From: a virus
Lineage: Duplodnaviria > Heunggongvirae > Uroviricota > Caudoviricetes
Reading direction: 5' to 3' (one strand)
DNA length: 8,773 nucleotides
Virus record (IMG/VR): IMGVR_UViG_2695420539_000004
Made by a program: the position numbers and the translations under genes. Below, piece after piece: positions 7,094 through 8,773 of the stretch (its first letter is position 1; each line of letters begins with the position of its first letter). The notes beneath the pieces are model-generated. The model was given only the letters and a program-made list of their open reading frames with translations, was not told the DNA's origin and made no database searches.

Positions 7094-8619
7094 TATGCAG
7101 CCCTCACAATGAAGTTAAATGCGACGTTGCGCGGCCGGTTTTCAGTGGCAACAGGAACGATTTTAGATGCATCAAAGCTAAAGTTTACAGTCCCATTACC
7201 TGCCCCTGAAGGCGCAAGAGTTAATCCTAAAGTTTGTGACACATTCTCAACAGTGACGCCAAATGCACCATCACAATAGATACTTGGGTACAATTGAGTA
7301 TTACCAAACTTGCCAATTATATTTCTGATGGCATCGCCCTGCGATGATAAGATTGCACGCCCAACATCAACCCCGCGCCCGTCATCCCAGCCGCGAATAA
7401 ATTCACCGCGTAAATCAGGCAATTTATTTGTCGGGTAAGCCTTTGCCAGTTCCGGGTATTCTTCAGCAGAAAAAGCCGCACCATTGCATTTCAGCCAGCC
7501 TGTTGGCGGAGTGGCTGAAGGCCACGGAACAGGCACACCAACAGGCAATGCAGAGCCTTCTCCCAAACCAAGGTATGTGAGAAGACCAGCTACATCCTTT
7601 CCACTCAAATTGGTAAGCGTATTGTCCAGCGGTTGTTTACCTGCCAGCGCATTAAGCATTGTCGTGGCAAAGTTCGGATCATTCCCCAGTGCCGCCGCCA
7701 GTTCGTTCAGTGTATCCAGTGCAGCAGGTGCAGAACCCACCATTCCTGCAATCGCCGATTTCACAAAAGCCGTAGTGGCAATCTGTGTATTGTTGACCGA
7801 CTGCGCCGCCGTGGGGGCTGTTGGCGTTCCGGTGAGTGCCGGACTCGACAACGGTGCTTTTAGTGCCAGCGCATTGTTAATGGTGGTACTGAAATTCGGA
7901 TCATTGTTAATGGCTGCGGCTATTTCTTTCAGCGTGTCCAGCGTGGCTGGCGCACCATTAATAAGGGCCGTCAGTGCCGCCTGTACAAACGCAGTGGTCG
8001 CAACCTGCGTGGTATTATTCCCCGCCGCTGGCGTTGGCGCTTTGGGGGTTCCGGTAAATGTCGGGCTGGCTTTTGGCGCGTACTGTGAATGCGGGTCCGG
8101 TGCGGCAAGATGTTTTGCCATCTGATCATCCGCGTACACCTTCAGCTCCAGTGCCTTGTCATCCACATACTTGCGGGTTGCCAGCACTACAGCAGGGTCG
8201 ATTTTCAGGGTGATATTGTCCGTGCTGCTGGTAATCAGCACCATGCGCACGGTCTGAGTGCGCCCGCTACCTTCAGCCAGTTGCGGCTTATAGCTTTCCG
8301 GGCAGTTGCCCACGGCAATCAATGCCCCGGACTCATCAAACAGACCCACTTCACGTATCCACCAACCGCCCTCGTTTTCAGGGATCACCTGTTCGGCAAT
8401 AATCTGGCTGCTGTTCTGCGGGTCGATATAAAGCATATTCAGCGCAGCCCGGCGTTTCTCATTTACCAGTGCCGTCTGTTTTGCGTCCGGCGTTGGCAAT
8501 ACTCCACCGCCATCGCCCACCGCCATATGGGTAATTTTTAGCGGCACACCGAGCGCGGCGGCGCTGGCAAGTTTCGCCGCGCCAATATCCGTCAGCAGGG
8601 TATAAAATTTTGTGCTCAT
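7093..8619 (-). CDS. H: Tail fibre protein (P2 gpH-like constant N-terminal part 7584..8619 fused to a variable C-terminal receptor-binding part 7093..7557 with tail-collar motifs), 508 aa
   Basis: N-terminus MSTKFYTLLTDIGAAKLASAAALGVPLKITHMAVGDGGG resembles P2 H. Two fibre-shaft repeats (...NNTQ[VI]ATTAFV...LDTL.E.AAA...NDPNF.TT..NALA.K.P). C-terminal part has tail-collar-type motifs (PTGWLKCNGAAFS..YPEL...LPDLRGEFIRGWDDGRGVD.GR). Start ATG overlaps the stop of the upstream gene (ATGA). Confidence 0.92.
   Translation of the reverse strand: MSTKFYTLLTDIGAAKLASAAALGVPLKITHMAVGDGGGVLPTPDAKQTALVNEKRRAALNMLYIDPQNSSQIIAEQVIPENEGGWWIREVGLFDESGALIAVGNCPESYKPQLAEGSGRTQTVRMVLITSSTDNITLKIDPAVVLATRKYVDDKALELKVYADDQMAKHLAAPDPHSQYAPKASPTFTGTPKAPTPAAGNNTTQVATTAFVQAALTALINGAPATLDTLKEIAAAINNDPNFSTTINNALALKAPLSSPALTGTPTAPTAAQSVNNTQIATTAFVKSAIAGMVGSAPAALDTLNELAAALGNDPNFATTMLNALAGKQPLDNTLTNLSGKDVAGLLTYLGLGEGSALPVGVPVPWPSATPPTGWLKCNGAAFSAEEYPELAKAYPTNKLPDLRGEFIRGWDDGRGVDVGRAILSSQGDAIRNIIGKFGNTQLYPSIYCDGAFGVTVENVSQTLGLTLAPSGAGNGTVNFSFDASKIVPVATENRPRNVAFNFIVRAA
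7558..7583. repeat. Invertase crossover site embedded in the H coding sequence (constant/variable junction), right end of invertible segment
   Basis: TTCTCCCAAACC-AA-GGTATGTGAGAA. Left half is identical to the reverse complement of the right half of the 5693..5718 site (TTCTCCCAAACC). Encodes LLTYLGLGE (H residues 346-354). Confidence 0.75.
7630..8067 (-). repeat. Diverged intragenic tandem duplication (2 x about 72 codons) encoding the tail-fibre shaft repeat
   Basis: H residues about 185-256 and 259-330 align (SPTFTGTPKAPT...NNTTQVATTAFVQAA...LDTLKEIAAAINNDPNFSTTINNALALKAP vs SPALTGTPTAPT...NNTQIATTAFVKSA...LDTLNELAAALGNDPNFATTMLNALAGKQP). Visible at DNA level as two similar roughly 215-bp blocks. 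Confidence 0.55.
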
Positions 8620-8773
8620 GGATTCACTCTCATTGTGTCAATAACATGGACCGCCCCGCCTTCATGCGCGGTGCCACCGGAAATAATCGTTTCGTTGATA
8701 TACGGATAGATCGTGATTTCTTCGCCAAGATAGCTGGCGGCTCCCACCCAATGCGGGCCGCTGGTCTGCAGAT
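8616..8773 (-). CDS. C-terminal fragment of the gene upstream of H (likely baseplate protein, P2 gpI-like); N-terminus beyond window end
   Basis: Minus frame open from the window end to TGA 8618..8616 (...LQTSGPHWVGAASYLGEEITIYPYINETIISGGTAHEGGAVHVIDTMRVNP*). Stop overlaps the H start (ATGA), indicating translational coupling. gpI assignment is from P2 gene order only. Confidence 0.6.
   Translation of the reverse strand, partial: LQTSGPHWVGAASYLGEEITIYPYINETIISGGTAHEGGAVHVIDTMRVNP

Larger units (their letters stand above)
5693..7583. other. Invertible DNA segment (Mu G-segment / P1 C-segment analogue) carrying two alternative tail-fibre C-termini and two Tfa chaperone genes in opposite orientation
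   Basis: Bounded by inverted 26-bp crossover sites, with an adjacent serine invertase gene just outside (5071..5637). Contents are arranged symmetrically: Sv'(+), tfa'(+), tfa(-), Sv(-). Both sites are in the same codon phase, so inversion keeps the fibre reading frame. Confidence 0.75.

Noticed and set aside
5693-7583. Multi-site shufflon (more than two crossover sites, as in P1-like Min systems)
   Set aside because: I searched for further copies of the conserved half-site (TTCTCCCAAACC / GGTTTGGGAGAA) and found only the two terminal sites, so this is a simple two-state inversion switch.
7484-8541. + strand ORFs 7484..8125, 7633..7863, 8089..8541
   Set aside because: Antisense to the tail-fibre gene H.
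5665-8619. Diversity-generating retroelement targeting the fibre tip
   Set aside because: No reverse transcriptase ORF and no template/variable repeat pair with adenine-specific differences; variation here is explained by site-specific inversion.
1-8773. tRNA, rRNA, CRISPR array, IS element, integrase or att site
   Set aside because: No cloverleaf-like conserved tRNA segments, no regularly spaced direct repeats, no transposase- or integrase-like ORFs, and no terminal inverted repeats other than the crossover sites.

Overview
This window is a contiguous piece of a P2-like myovirus prophage tail-morphogenesis module, with one non-P2 insertion: a Mu G-segment / P1 C-segment-style invertible tail-fibre (host-range) switch. 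I found no candidate for a novel or defence system; the switch is the most interesting element and belongs to a well-described class. Almost everything is transcribed on the minus strand, so the ORF-track + strand ORFs over these genes are antisense artefacts. Gene order in transcription direction (high to low coordinate): baseplate gpI-like C-terminus (8616..>8773), tail fibre H (7093..8619), tail-fibre assembly Tfa (6491..7093), a silent alternate cassette on the + strand (Sv' 5719..6057, Tfa' 6079..6519), serine DNA invertase (5071..5637), a candidate late promoter, sheath FI (3756..4928), tube FII (3231..3746), chaperones E and E+E' with a -1 frameshift (2740..3176), and tape measure T (<1..2747). 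The invertible segment (5693..7583) is bounded by inverted 26-bp hix/gix-like crossover sites, one of which lies inside the H reading frame so that inversion swaps the fibre C-terminus and its cognate chaperone. No rRNA, tRNA, CRISPR array, IS element, integrase or attachment site is visible. Family assignments rest on my reading of the translated proteins and remembered motifs, not on database searches.
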